Shown here in pieces: positions 12,281 through 22,712 of a DNA stretch of 42,836 nucleotides. The notes beneath the pieces are model-generated. The model saw only the letters and a program-made list of their open reading frames with translations. It did not search any database and was not told the DNA's origin. Position numbers and translations under genes: made by a program. The number at the start of each line of letters is the position of its first letter. The stretch's first letter is position 1. The stretch lies in NCBI GenBank assembly GCA_030770535.1, contig JASVEC010000143.1:1-42836 (forward strand), read 5' to 3'. The stretch is from Batkoa obscura. Its lineage: Eukaryota.

Positions 12281-12900
12281 TAATAATTTTAATTTGCTCA
12301 TTTTTGATTTTTTTTTTATATTTTTAATAATAGATTATAATATTAATATTTTATTATTGATTATTCTTAAGTGACTTTATTTATTTGTATTCATATTAAA
12401 CCTAAAACTCTTACATTTGCCAAAAAGACGTATTAAAACTATACTTGATAATAATACTATCTATTAGTTTTATTTTTTTTCTCCTCTAAAGTATTAATTT
12501 TGTACATTGCTTGATTAAATTTATAACTATTATTAATAAACTTTAATAAGCTATTATTATTATAAAGTGCTATAAACTTCGAGTGATTATAAATAGTTTT
12601 TAAAATAACATAAATGAATTATAATGTTTATATACTGTGTTTCTTGTTATACTAAAATTTTCAAAAATCCTGTTTTAAAGTTTAGTTATAGAAGCTTTAT
12701 TTTGTTTTATTTTTTGTTAAAATAAAAACAAGATAGCTAAATGTTTATATATTATATGTTTATCAAATATTCAGTAAAGCTATTTTAGACATTTAATGAA
12801 AATAATACAAAATACATACTTAAAAAATCAACTGTTTGAAAAAGTTAAATTTAAGCTTTTTGAATCTAATTAATTATATTAAAGATTTACAAAGTTAGGC
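12281..12900 (-). mobile_element. 5' piece of the second transposase copy
   Basis: Direct diverged match to ~17940-18470 (taataattttaatttgctcat..., aaaactcttacattt, tatagaagct). Confidence 0.65.
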
Positions 12901-13018
12901 TTAAGTTTTATTTAAGGTTAGAGTAACTTTATATTATTAAAATAAGTCACTACTCTATTTTCTAAAAACTTAACATATTTATAAAAAACACATCCCCATT
13001 TATTTTCATTCATAGTAC

Positions 13019-13362
13019 TGTGAAATATCACTTTGTTAGCTTCTTGATTGTTATAACATAATAATCACTTAAGTTGCTGTATTCTCGAGTTCAGGTACAA
13101 TTAGCCCCAAACTCCTATTTTGATTTGCTATGAGAATTTTTGTCATATGACCCCAAAGGACATTTATCTTCCTGTTTTAATATCCATACTTGTTGAACTA
13201 TAAAAGAGATTTTAGAACAATAATAACTCGAGACTTTTTAACTAAATTATTCCCTGATATCTCGAACATTTAATAAAGCCATTAAATCTTCTTAATAGTA
13301 TTTTACGTAGATTTTACATTAATATTGTCTATTATATTTATCTTACATAGTTTATAGCATAT
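13019..13362 (-). mobile_element. Middle piece of the second transposase copy
   Basis: Direct match to 17519-17839 (cctgatatctcgaacatttaataaagccattaaatcttc..., tttatagcatat). Confidence 0.75.
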
Positions 13363-13457
13363 GGGGATGTTTTTTTGTGTTCAAGGATTTTGCTAACAGT
13401 TTTTCCACTCAAATAGCGCTTAAAAGATGGAAAAGGTGAAGTCAAAAAAACATCATC
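13363..13457 (-). mobile_element. MITE family copy (B), ATAT on both sides
   Basis: atat|ggggatgtttttttgtgttcaagg...gaagtcaaaaaaacatcatc|atat. Confidence 0.82.
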
Positions 13458-14045
13458 ATATTATGTGATATTCTTCATAATTCAAGTATATCTTAGTCAC
13501 ATAAACTGATATTTTGACTTACAGTTAATGAACAAAGCAAGAACTGCTTTTGACTCTAACACTGAGTGCCAGATTTTATATGTACTAACCTATTTGTTTA
13601 TGTTTGGTATATGTTGTAATTATAACTTTTTTCAATATTATTTTTAGTTCTTATTGTTAAAACTTTTAGTGATACCTGTTACTAATAAACTTTTTGCTAC
13701 ATAAAAATGGACAAGATAATAAAATAAATAATATTAATTCGTTAAACTTTTAAAAAAACAAAAAAAGTATTAATAATATATAGAAATGCATTAATAATAT
13801 AAAATTCATCACTCTTATAAAATTCTTCTATCTCGAATAGGAGAAAGTCTAGGAAGCGATATCCATCAAATTTGTGGTTAAAATTATTCTTCAAAAAAAG
13901 TAAATTTCAAATTAAACTTGGTCATAATTAAATTTTAGATTGATCTAAAATTACGTGATGGTTGACACATTTTTGTCGATGGTCTTAAAAAAGTATATAA
14001 ACAAAACTAAATAATTCATTTTTAATTATATCTGTTTATAAAAAT

Positions 14046-15089
14046 ATGGTCAATAATACAAAAGTAGTTTATAAAGCCTGTCCAACTGGATTACCAAATG
14101 CTAGTGAGAATTTCGAGATTGTTAAAGAAGAGCTTGATCTTGATAACATAGAACTATCCCAAGATAAATTATTAGTTCGCAATTTATATATCTCTGTAGA
14201 CCCTTATATGCGTTTAAGAATGAGACCAAGTGACGTTAAAAGTTATTTCCCTGCTTTTAATGTTGGTGAGTCAATGAATGGTGGTATTGTATCAGAAGTA
14301 GTAAAGTCCCAACATAACAAGTTTAAAAAAGGTGATATTGTATCTTCATTTGGTGAGTGGGCTGAATACTCGATTGTCGATGTAGCTGCTACTAATTTGA
14401 TCCCTAATGGTCGTGAATCAAAAACCCCACTCTCTTATTACTTAGGTATTACTGGTATGCCAGGAGCTACTGCTTATGTTGGATTGCATACTATCTGTGA
14501 ACCTATTAAACAAGGAGAGACTATCTTTATCTCAGCTGCATCTGGAGCTGTAGGTCAAGTAGTTGGACAATATTGTAAACAATTAGGATTAAGAGTAGTT
14601 GGATCAGCTGGTAGTGATGATAAGGTTGAGTATTTATTAAATGAGTTAAAGTTTGATGCTGCTTTCAACTACAAAAAGTATGATGATCTAGTACCAGTTC
14701 TTAAAGAATATTGTCCCAATGGTATTGACATCTATTTTGAAAATGTAGGTGGTAAAACACTTGAAGCTGTATTAGAAGTAGCTAATGATAAATGTCGTAT
14801 TCCAGTATGCGGTATGATTTCACAATATAATAAAGATAAACAAAGTGATGGAATACACAACTTGACTCAAATTATTGGTAAAAGAATACGTCTTGAAGGA
14901 TTTATTGCAAGTGATAGAATGGATCTTTATCCAAAAGCATTTGAGATATTTGGGAAATATTTAGGTGAAGGTAAAATGAAATACAAAGAACATATTACTG
15001 AAGGTATTGAAAATCTGCCAACTGCTTTTATTGATATGTTAGAAGGTAGAAATTTTGGTAAAGCTTCAGTAAAAATCACCGATCTTTAA
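14046..15089 (+). CDS. NADP-dependent oxidoreductase PTGR family, copy 2
   Basis: Protein identical to copy 1 except SDVKS versus SDIES. Confidence 0.95.
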   Translation: MVNNTKVVYKACPTGLPNASENFEIVKEELDLDNIELSQDKLLVRNLYISVDPYMRLRMRPSDVKSYFPAFNVGESMNGGIVSEVVKSQHNKFKKGDIVSSFGEWAEYSIVDVAATNLIPNGRESKTPLSYYLGITGMPGATAYVGLHTICEPIKQGETIFISAASGAVGQVVGQYCKQLGLRVVGSAGSDDKVEYLLNELKFDAAFNYKKYDDLVPVLKEYCPNGIDIYFENVGGKTLEAVLEVANDKCRIPVCGMISQYNKDKQSDGIHNLTQIIGKRIRLEGFIASDRMDLYPKAFEIFGKYLGEGKMKYKEHITEGIENLPTAFIDMLEGRNFGKASVKITDL

Positions 15090-15380
15090 AACAACCAAAA
15101 TAGCTTAATAAAATATTATATACTTGAGACTTTACAGCTTGCTTAATATTTTTTATAGTTTTATTTTTTATTGTATAGAGTCAATAGTCGAGTGCTCTAT
15201 GGTTATTTTTAAACAGCTATAAGTGTAACATTAAAAAATATTAAAACGTAAAAATATAAAATATCGATCCATAAATATTTAAATTACTAACGAAATTAGC
15301 TTCTTAACATTATAAAGCTCATTTCTTCATAGTATTTTCATTAGAATGTATGCTAAAAAACGATTCTAAAACTAATAAAT

Positions 15381-15477
15381 GGGAATATTTTTTTGTTCAA
15401 GGATTTTACTAACAATCTTTCCACTCAAATAGCGCTTAAAAGGGAAAAAGTAATGAAGCCAAAAAAAACATCCCCCC
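15381..15477 (-). mobile_element. MITE family copy (B) abutting the left arm of the inverted repeat
   Basis: gggaatatttttttgttcaagg...gaagccaaaaaaaacatcccccc|atat. Confidence 0.82.
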
Positions 15478-16410
15478 ATATGCAGGAGATTGTTTAATCA
15501 ATTTGATCTCTACAGAGCTTTTATTTAAAAAGTTTACAAAAATTAATATATGGGCAGATACAGGAAATCATTTTAGATCCCAAGAGTTTCTACACTATAT
15601 GTTTAAAAAATTCATAAAATAAATAGTAGTTTGAATGTTAATCTTAATTTTTTTGCTGAGCATCATGGAAAAAGTATAGTTGATGGACATTTTGGAAATC
15701 TTTCAAAATGGAAAAGTAGTTTTGAAGCGTTACGTAAAATAGAAGATATCGATCAATTAATTTCAAGATTTGAGGCTTTTATTTGCGAGCATAATAAACT
15801 TAATAACTCGACTGTTAATAATGGGAAAACAGATGTAATTTTCAAAAAATATGAAAGAAACGAGGATATAAAAAAGATAGAAGCACAAGGTGTTAAAAAT
15901 TATTTACATTTTATTAAACATAACAATAAACTACATTGTCATCCATTATCTGATACATCAAAAAAAAGCGATATAGTTCAAATTAGAGTTATAGAGTCTA
16001 TAGAAAGTACAAGAATCAAAAGATCGATCCCAGCTTATCTTACGAAGATAACAGAGAATTTAAGTTTTTCGATATTTACTAAGCAAGTAAGTAGTTTGTT
16101 GAATGATAGAAATAGATTGTTAAATGTTAAGATTAATTAAGTTATTAATAGCTAAGTTAATAAATAGTCAAAGAACAAGTAACTGTAATAATATGTAAAA
16201 ACTATTATTACTTGTACTATATAGGGATGATTAATTATAGTTTTGGGGTTAACCATTCCCTCTCATGCAGCTATTTATTAACTTAGCAATATATTAATAA
16301 TGTAATTGTAGCATTAAAATAATTTATTTATTTGATAATAAATCTACAATGTTGGTTATAAAGCAGTTGATAATAAATATTTCTCAATTAAGCTTTATAA
16401 GAACATGTAT
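15478..16410 (+). mobile_element. 3' piece of the second transposase copy (contains ORF 15631-16140); left arm of the inverted repeat
   Basis: Reverse-complement match to 16586-17514; begins immediately after the MITE ending at 15477. Confidence 0.7.
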
Positions 16411-17331
16411 TTAAGATCTAGTAGAAATTCAACTTACAGTATGAGCTATAATAGAATGATTTAGAACTGTGTCCGGGTACTTTTGTTTTAATAAAAGATG
16501 TGATTTTATAGAATTTTAAGCGAAGTTTTTAAAATACAAAATTTTTCAAAAATTATATAAAATAATGAAACTAATTCAGACAACCCTATATATTCCTATA
16601 AAGCTTTATTAAAGAATATTTACTATTAACTAGTTTATAGCCAATATTGCAGATTTGCTATTAAATAAATAAATTATTTTAATGCTACAATTACATTATT
16701 AATATATTGCTAAGTTAATAAATAGCTGCATGAGAGGGAATGGTTAACCCCAAAACTATAATTAATCATCCCTATATAGTACAAGTAATAATAGTTTTTA
16801 CATATTATTACAGTTACTTGTTCTTTGACTATTTATTAACTTAGCTATTAATAACTTAATTAATCTTAACATTTAACAATCTATTTCTATCATTCAACAA
16901 ACTACTTACTTGCTTAGTAAATATCGAAAAACTTAAATTCTCTGTTATCTTCGTAAGATAAGCTGGGATCGATCTTTTGATTCTTGTACTTTCTATAGAC
17001 TCTATAACTCTAATTTGAACTATATCGCTTTTTTTTGATGTATCAGATAATGGATGACAATGTAGTTTATTGTTATGTTTAATAAAATGTAAATAATTTT
17101 TAACACCTTGTGCTTCTATCTTTTTTATATCCTCGTTTCTTTCATATTTTTTGAAAATTACATCTGTTTTCCCATTATTAACAGTCGAGTTATTAAGTTT
17201 ATTATGCTCGCAAATAAAAGCCTCAAATCTTGAAATTAATTGATCGATATCTTCTATTTTACGTAACGCTTCAAAACTACTTTTCCATTTTGAAAGATTT
17301 CCAAAATGTCCATCAACTATACTTTTTCCAT
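15665..17331. repeat. Large inverted repeat: ~669 bp apparently identical arms (15665-16333 and 16663-17331), with diverged extensions out to 15478/17514 and in to 16410/16586
   Basis: Spot checks at both ends and the middle are exact reverse complements; the coordinate sums agree (32996). Confidence 0.92.
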
Positions 17332-18322
17332 AATGTTCAGTAAAAAAATCAAGACCAATATTTAAACTACTATTTATGAATTTCTTTAAATATATAGTGT
17401 AGAAACTCTCAAGATTTAAAATGATTTCCTGTAACTACCTATATGTTAGTTTTCATAAACTTTTTAAATAGGAGCTCTATAGAGATTAAATCAATTAAAC
17501 AATCTCCTGTATATGCTTGTGAAATATTGCTTTGTCAGTCCCATGGTTAATTATAACATAATAATCGCCAAAGCTGTTGTGTTCTCGAGTTCAGAGAAAA
17601 TCAATCGCACGTTCTTAGTTTGATTTGCTATGAGAATTTCTAGCTCCATCCCAAACAATATCATCTTTTCGTTTTGATATCCATACTTTTCAGAGTATAG
17701 TAGTTCGAGGCTTTTTAACTGAGTCATTACCTGATATCTCGAACATTTAATAAAGCCATTAAATCTTCTCAATAATATTTTACGTATATTTTACATTAAT
17801 ATTGTCTGTTATATTTATCTTGCATACTTTATAGCATATGGAGATGTTTTTTTAACTTGACTACTTTTTTCGTCTTTTAAGCACTATTTGAATGGAAAGA
17901 TTGTAGTAAAATTCTTAAAAAAACACATCCCCATATCGTATAATAATTTTAATTTGCTCATCTTTAATTTTTTCTGTATTTTCAATAATAGGTTGTAAGA
18001 TTAGTGTATTATTATTACCAATTACTTTTAAATGATCATATTGATTTCTACTTATATTGGACTCAAAACTCTTACATTTATCAAAAGAATACAGTGAAAA
18101 TATAGTTGATAATAATGCTACTTGTTGGCTTTTACCTGTTTCCTTTAAAGCACTAATTTTATACATTACTTGATTAAGTTTATTATTATCGATAGTAAAC
18201 TTTGGTTGCTATGAACAGCTGTTAAATTGATGTAAATGAGTTACGTTATATAATGTGCTTTTCCATACTGTATCAAATTTTTTAAAAATTCCATTTCGAA
18301 GTTTAACTATAGAAGCTTGCAT
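16856..18322 (-). mobile_element. Decayed DDD-type DNA transposase (Sola-like, tentative), collinear copy interrupted by a MITE at 17840-17932
   Basis: Minus-strand remnants ...TGNHFKS*EFLHY...FFTEHYGKSIVDGHFG... The sister copy reads INIWADTGNHFRSQEFLHY...FFAEHHGKSIVDGHFG, the W.D..HF...FF..HGK..D.HFG pattern. ORF-track ORFs 17551-17772 and 17915-18166 fall inside it. Confidence 0.6.
17840..17932 (+). mobile_element. MITE family copy (orientation A) inserted in the transposase, ATAT target duplication
   Basis: atat|ggagatgttttttt...aaaacacatcccc|atat. Confidence 0.82.
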
Positions 18323-18535
18323 TTTGTTTCTATTTTAATAAAAAATAAATTTAAATAGTTACATATCTACTAAGCATCTAACAAAAATAGGACGATTAAA
18401 ATAAGTCTTTTAAACTTTCATCATCTAATTTGACTAATCATATATTAAAGACTTATAAATTCAAAACTTAGCTTGGATTAATTTTTAATAAAACTCTGAA
18501 ACCAGTTTCGACATCCTCACTCAATCATAAATTAA

Positions 18536-18628
18536 GGGGGGTATTTTTGGTTGCATCCCTTTTTACATTTTTCAAGTGCTACTTAAATCGAAAAACTGTT
18601 AATAATATTCTTGAAAAAATATATCCCC
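18536..18628 (+). mobile_element. Divergent MITE family copy (A) at the upstream boundary of PTGR copy 3
   Basis: ggggggtatttttggttgcatc...tgttaataatattcttgaaaaaatatatcccc. Confidence 0.65.
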
Positions 18629-18743
18629 AATTTGAGATTGATCTGAAATTACGTGATGGTTGACACATTTTTGTCGATGGTCTTAAAAAAGTATATAAAC
18701 AAAACTAAATAATTCATTTTTAATTATATCTGTTTATAAAAAT

Positions 18744-19787
18744 ATGGTCAATAATACAAAAGTAGTTTATAAAGCCTGTCCAACTGGATTACCAAATGCT
18801 AGTGAGAATTTCGAGATTGTTAAAGAAGAGCTTGATCTTGATAACATAGAACTATCCCAAGATAAATTATTAGTTCGCAATTTATATATCTCTGTAGACC
18901 CTTATATGCGTTTAAGAATGAGACCAAGTGACGTTAAAAGTTATTTCCCTGCTTTTAATGTTGGTGAGTCAATGAATGGTGGTATTGTATCAGAAGTAGT
19001 AAAGTCCCAACATAACAAGTTTAAAAAAGGTGATATTGTATCTTCATTTGGTGAGTGGGCTGAATACTCGATTGTCGATGTAGCTGCTACTAATTTGATC
19101 CCTAATGGTCGTGAATCAAAAACCCCACTCTCTTATTACTTAGGTATTACTGGTATGCCAGGAGCTACTGCTTATGTTGGATTGCATACTATCTGTGAAC
19201 CTATTAAACAAGGAGAGACTATCTTTATCTCAGCTGCATCTGGAGCTGTAGGTCAAGTAGTTGGACAATATTGTAAACAATTAGGATTAAGAGTAGTTGG
19301 ATCAGCTGGTAGTGATGATAAGGTTGAGTATTTATTAAATGAGTTAAAGTTTGATGCTGCTTTCAACTACAAAAAGTATGATGATCTAGTACCAGTTCTT
19401 AAAGAATATTGTCCCAATGGTATTGACATCTATTTTGAAAATGTAGGTGGTAAAACACTTGAAGCTGTATTAGAAGTAGCTAATGACAAATGTCGTATTC
19501 CAGCATGTGGTATGATTTCACAATATAATAAAGATAAACAAAGTGGTGAAATAAATAACTTGATTCAAATTATTATTAAAAGAATACGTTTTGAAGGATT
19601 TATTGTAATCGATAGAATGGATCTTTATCCAAAAGCATTTGAGATATTTGGGAAATATTTAGGTGAAGGTAAGATGAAATACAAAGAACATATTACTGAA
19701 GGTATTGAAAATCTGCCAACTGCTTTTATTGATATGTTAGAAGGTAGAAATTTTGGTAAAGCTTCAGTAAAAATCACCGATCTTTAA
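18744..19787 (+). CDS. NADP-dependent oxidoreductase PTGR family, copy 3 (variant C-terminal patch)
   Basis: Identical to copy 2 except 9 clustered amino-acid changes at ~19500-19610. Confidence 0.95.
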   Translation: MVNNTKVVYKACPTGLPNASENFEIVKEELDLDNIELSQDKLLVRNLYISVDPYMRLRMRPSDVKSYFPAFNVGESMNGGIVSEVVKSQHNKFKKGDIVSSFGEWAEYSIVDVAATNLIPNGRESKTPLSYYLGITGMPGATAYVGLHTICEPIKQGETIFISAASGAVGQVVGQYCKQLGLRVVGSAGSDDKVEYLLNELKFDAAFNYKKYDDLVPVLKEYCPNGIDIYFENVGGKTLEAVLEVANDKCRIPACGMISQYNKDKQSGEINNLIQIIIKRIRFEGFIVIDRMDLYPKAFEIFGKYLGEGKMKYKEHITEGIENLPTAFIDMLEGRNFGKASVKITDL

Positions 19788-19910
19788 AACAACCAAAATA
19801 GCTTAAATAAAATATTATATATTTGAGACTTTACAGTTTTCTTATTTATTGTTTAACTTACTCCTTATGTAGTTTTTAAAATAAGTTGATTTATTAAAAA
19901 ATACTCTTAG

Positions 19911-19984
19911 TATTTTTTGGCTTCATCGCTTTTTCCCTTTTAAGCTCTGTTTAGCAGAAAAATTATTAATACATTAAACAAAGA
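19911..19984 (+). mobile_element. Degenerate MITE family copy (A) lacking clear ends
   Basis: tattttttggcttcatcgctttttcccttttaagctctgtttagcagaaaaattattaat. Confidence 0.55.
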
Positions 19985-20313
19985 TTAACAATTTCCACTT
20001 TATCACTTTTAGTGTTATAAAAAATGAACAAACTAGATAATTTTAGATTTAGCTGTCACATTTAATTTAAAACCAATCAATATTACACCAATATACCATC
20101 GTTTTTACATATGTCGTTGATAAAAGGCTATATAGACAAAAGTAAAATAGTTACAATAACTTTATTAAAAATTGATGAATTAACTTCAACCACACATTAA
20201 TTCATTAAACTATTATTAATGCCACAATAAAACTGAAACGTATTAAGCCTCACAAAACATGCGAAAAAGGTATATAAAGGCAGGTAGATGTAGAATAAAC
20301 AATAAAACTTTCA

Positions 20314-20904
20314 ATGATTTATAAAATTGAATTGATCCAAGGTCCAATACGTGCACGCATGTGTGGATTTGGTGAAAAAGATAGAAGGCCAATAGATCCA
20401 CCTCCAATTATTAAGTTAATTTTACCAGATGAGACGAATGTTAAGAAAGAATTCAATAAATTACAAAGCTTTATTGTACATTGCGATTTGTATTCTGATC
20501 CCGATACTAAATGTAGTAATATCAAGGGCAATAACCAACAAAATGTACGTAACCTTGTTGGTAGTTTAGTAGCTTCGCCACAATTATTATTAGATGAAAA
20601 TGATCAATACGGTATCTTTTTTTTATTTTTAGATTTATCAGTACGTACTGAGGGTAAATTTTTGCTCAAGTTTACTTTATTTTGTATCAATGATTCTGTG
20701 GAAGCTACACCAGCTACTCAATCTTTGTTTAGTAATATGTTTGACGTGTTCCCACCTAAAAGATTCCCAGGGATGACGGATTCCACAAACTTATCTAAAG
20801 CATTTGCTAAACAGGGGGTAAAGATAGCGATAAGAAAGAGTGAGAGGGGGTCAATTAACCAAGGGTATCAAGACACAATCGAAGAAGAAGAGGAAGGAAG
20901 TTAA
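20314..20904 (+). CDS. Velvet-domain protein (small, essentially domain-only), intronless
   Basis: QGPIRARMCGFGEKDRRPIDPPPIIKL, RNLVGSL, GIFFLFLDLSVRTEGKFLLKF, FPPKRFPGMTDSTNLSKAFAKQGVKIAIRK. Confidence 0.93.
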   Translation: MIYKIELIQGPIRARMCGFGEKDRRPIDPPPIIKLILPDETNVKKEFNKLQSFIVHCDLYSDPDTKCSNIKGNNQQNVRNLVGSLVASPQLLLDENDQYGIFFLFLDLSVRTEGKFLLKFTLFCINDSVEATPATQSLFSNMFDVFPPKRFPGMTDSTNLSKAFAKQGVKIAIRKSERGSINQGYQDTIEEEEEGS

Positions 20905-21009
20905 TTTTTTACTTATAAATAATAACAGATGTATGAGAGAATAAAATAAACTCTAAAAAACAATAAACAAAGAATTACAGTTTTACTTAAGAATATAATT
21001 ATTATTGTA

Positions 21010-22050
21010 GATCGCAACACAAAAGTAAAAGTACTCTATAAAGCACATTCATCTGGTTTACCACATTCTGATAAGCATTTTGAAATAAATGAACAAGGGA
21101 TTGGCCTTGGTTGTAAAAAGTCAGATCAAGGGAAGTTATTAGTATATAATTTTCATAAATGAGTGAATCCATATATGCGCTCAAGATTGAGACGAAGCGA
21201 GGTTAAAAACTGCTCCATAATACATAATATCAGAGAGCCAATTAGCGGCGATGTAGTATCGAAAGCAATAAGGCCATAAAGTTTCAAATATATGAAAGTG
21301 ATATTGTAATTACATTTGGCGATTGGGATGGATATTATGTGTCCAAGAAAACTCATACTAACTTAATTTCAGACGGCTTTAGGTCAAAAACATCACTTTT
21401 TTACTACCTAGATAACACTGGTATGTCTAATGTTGATGCTTAAGTTAACTCGGATATTATTTGTGAGCCGATCAAACAAAGAGATACCAATTTTATTTAT
21501 GCTGCTTCTGGAGCAGTAGATCAACTAATAGGGCAACACTGTAAGCAATCGGAATTAAGGGTATTCGGATCAAGTTGTAATAATAATAAGATCAACTATT
21601 TAATAAAGAAGCTGAACTTTGATGCTGCTTTTAAGTATAAGAAGTACGATGCTTTAGCCCTAGTATTTAGACAAAATTTTACAAATGACGTTGGTATTTG
21701 CTTTGTAATGTGAAGGGTAAAACTCTTAAAGTAATTTTAGAGGTACCAAATAATAAATCTGTATGTCACCATGTGATGTTATTTTATAATACAATAAAAG
21801 CAACGATAGTGATATAATTCACAACTTATTACAATTCATTGGCAAAGAAACTTATATACAAAGTTTTATTGTGAGTGGTAGAATGAATCTTTATCTAAAT
21901 CATTTGAGACTTTTATAGTATTTAAGCGAAGGTAAAATGAAATATAAAGAACATATTACTGAAGGTACTGAGGATCTTTCAATTGCTTTTATTGATATGG
22001 TAGAAGGTAGAAATTTTGGAAAAGCTTCAGTAAAAACTGACGAGCTTTAA
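21010..22050 (+). pseudogene. Old, heavily decayed PTGR-family copy
   Basis: Recognisable remnants NTKVKVLYKAHSSGLP, NPYMRSRLR, AASGAVDQLIGQHCKQ, LNFDAAFKYKKYD, EGKMKYKEHITEG...DMVEGRNFGKASVKTDEL*, with several stops and frameshifts. Confidence 0.88.
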
Positions 22051-22614
22051 ATTGTTTAAAATTGGCTAAATAAAATGGACTGATACTTAAATATTTGCAT
22101 TTTAAAGCTATACACGACCCCTTTACTATAAATATATTATAATCCTATGATCCTTTTTAATACTAAATTATGTTTTCGAAAGCTACTAATATATTATTTT
22201 ATTGAAATATTTATGGTTTTGCCTTTGGTAGTCTCTATTTGTTTCTGAATGATTCACCTTTTAAGTTTAAAATTTAAAAATTCATCTTGTAAACAATACA
22301 ATATTCGCCTACGTTTAGATATCGTCGTTATTAAATATGCAATCCACAAGCTACAAGGCACCCCCTTCCGTCAAGAAAAGGTACGAAGTTGACTTGTGGC
22401 AAAAGAAGTCTCAAAACAATAAGCTTTATTCATCTTTTAATAAGTCCCCCACCTTATTCAAAACCATATGATAACTTTTTAAATGTTTACTATCACAATG
22501 CTAATAGTACAACTGAATTCAGTGTACTCTTCATTCAACTTATATGTGTTGATATCACTTGTGATTATTTCAATGCTTTTTAAGTTTTTCTTTACCACCT
22601 CGGATTGAATATAT

Positions 22615-22712
22615 AGGGATGTTTTTTTTGATTCTATTACTTTTCCCTTTTTTAAGCGTTATTTGAGTGGGAAGATTGTTAATAAAATTCTTAAACGAAA
22701 AAATACATACTC
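22615..22712 (+). mobile_element. MITE family copy (A), ATAT target duplication
   Basis: atat|agggatgttttttttg...aaaaaatacatactc|atat. Confidence 0.8.

Noticed and set aside
21002..21356. Two small minus-strand ORFs
   Set aside because: Antisense to the decayed PTGR copy; no independent coding signal.
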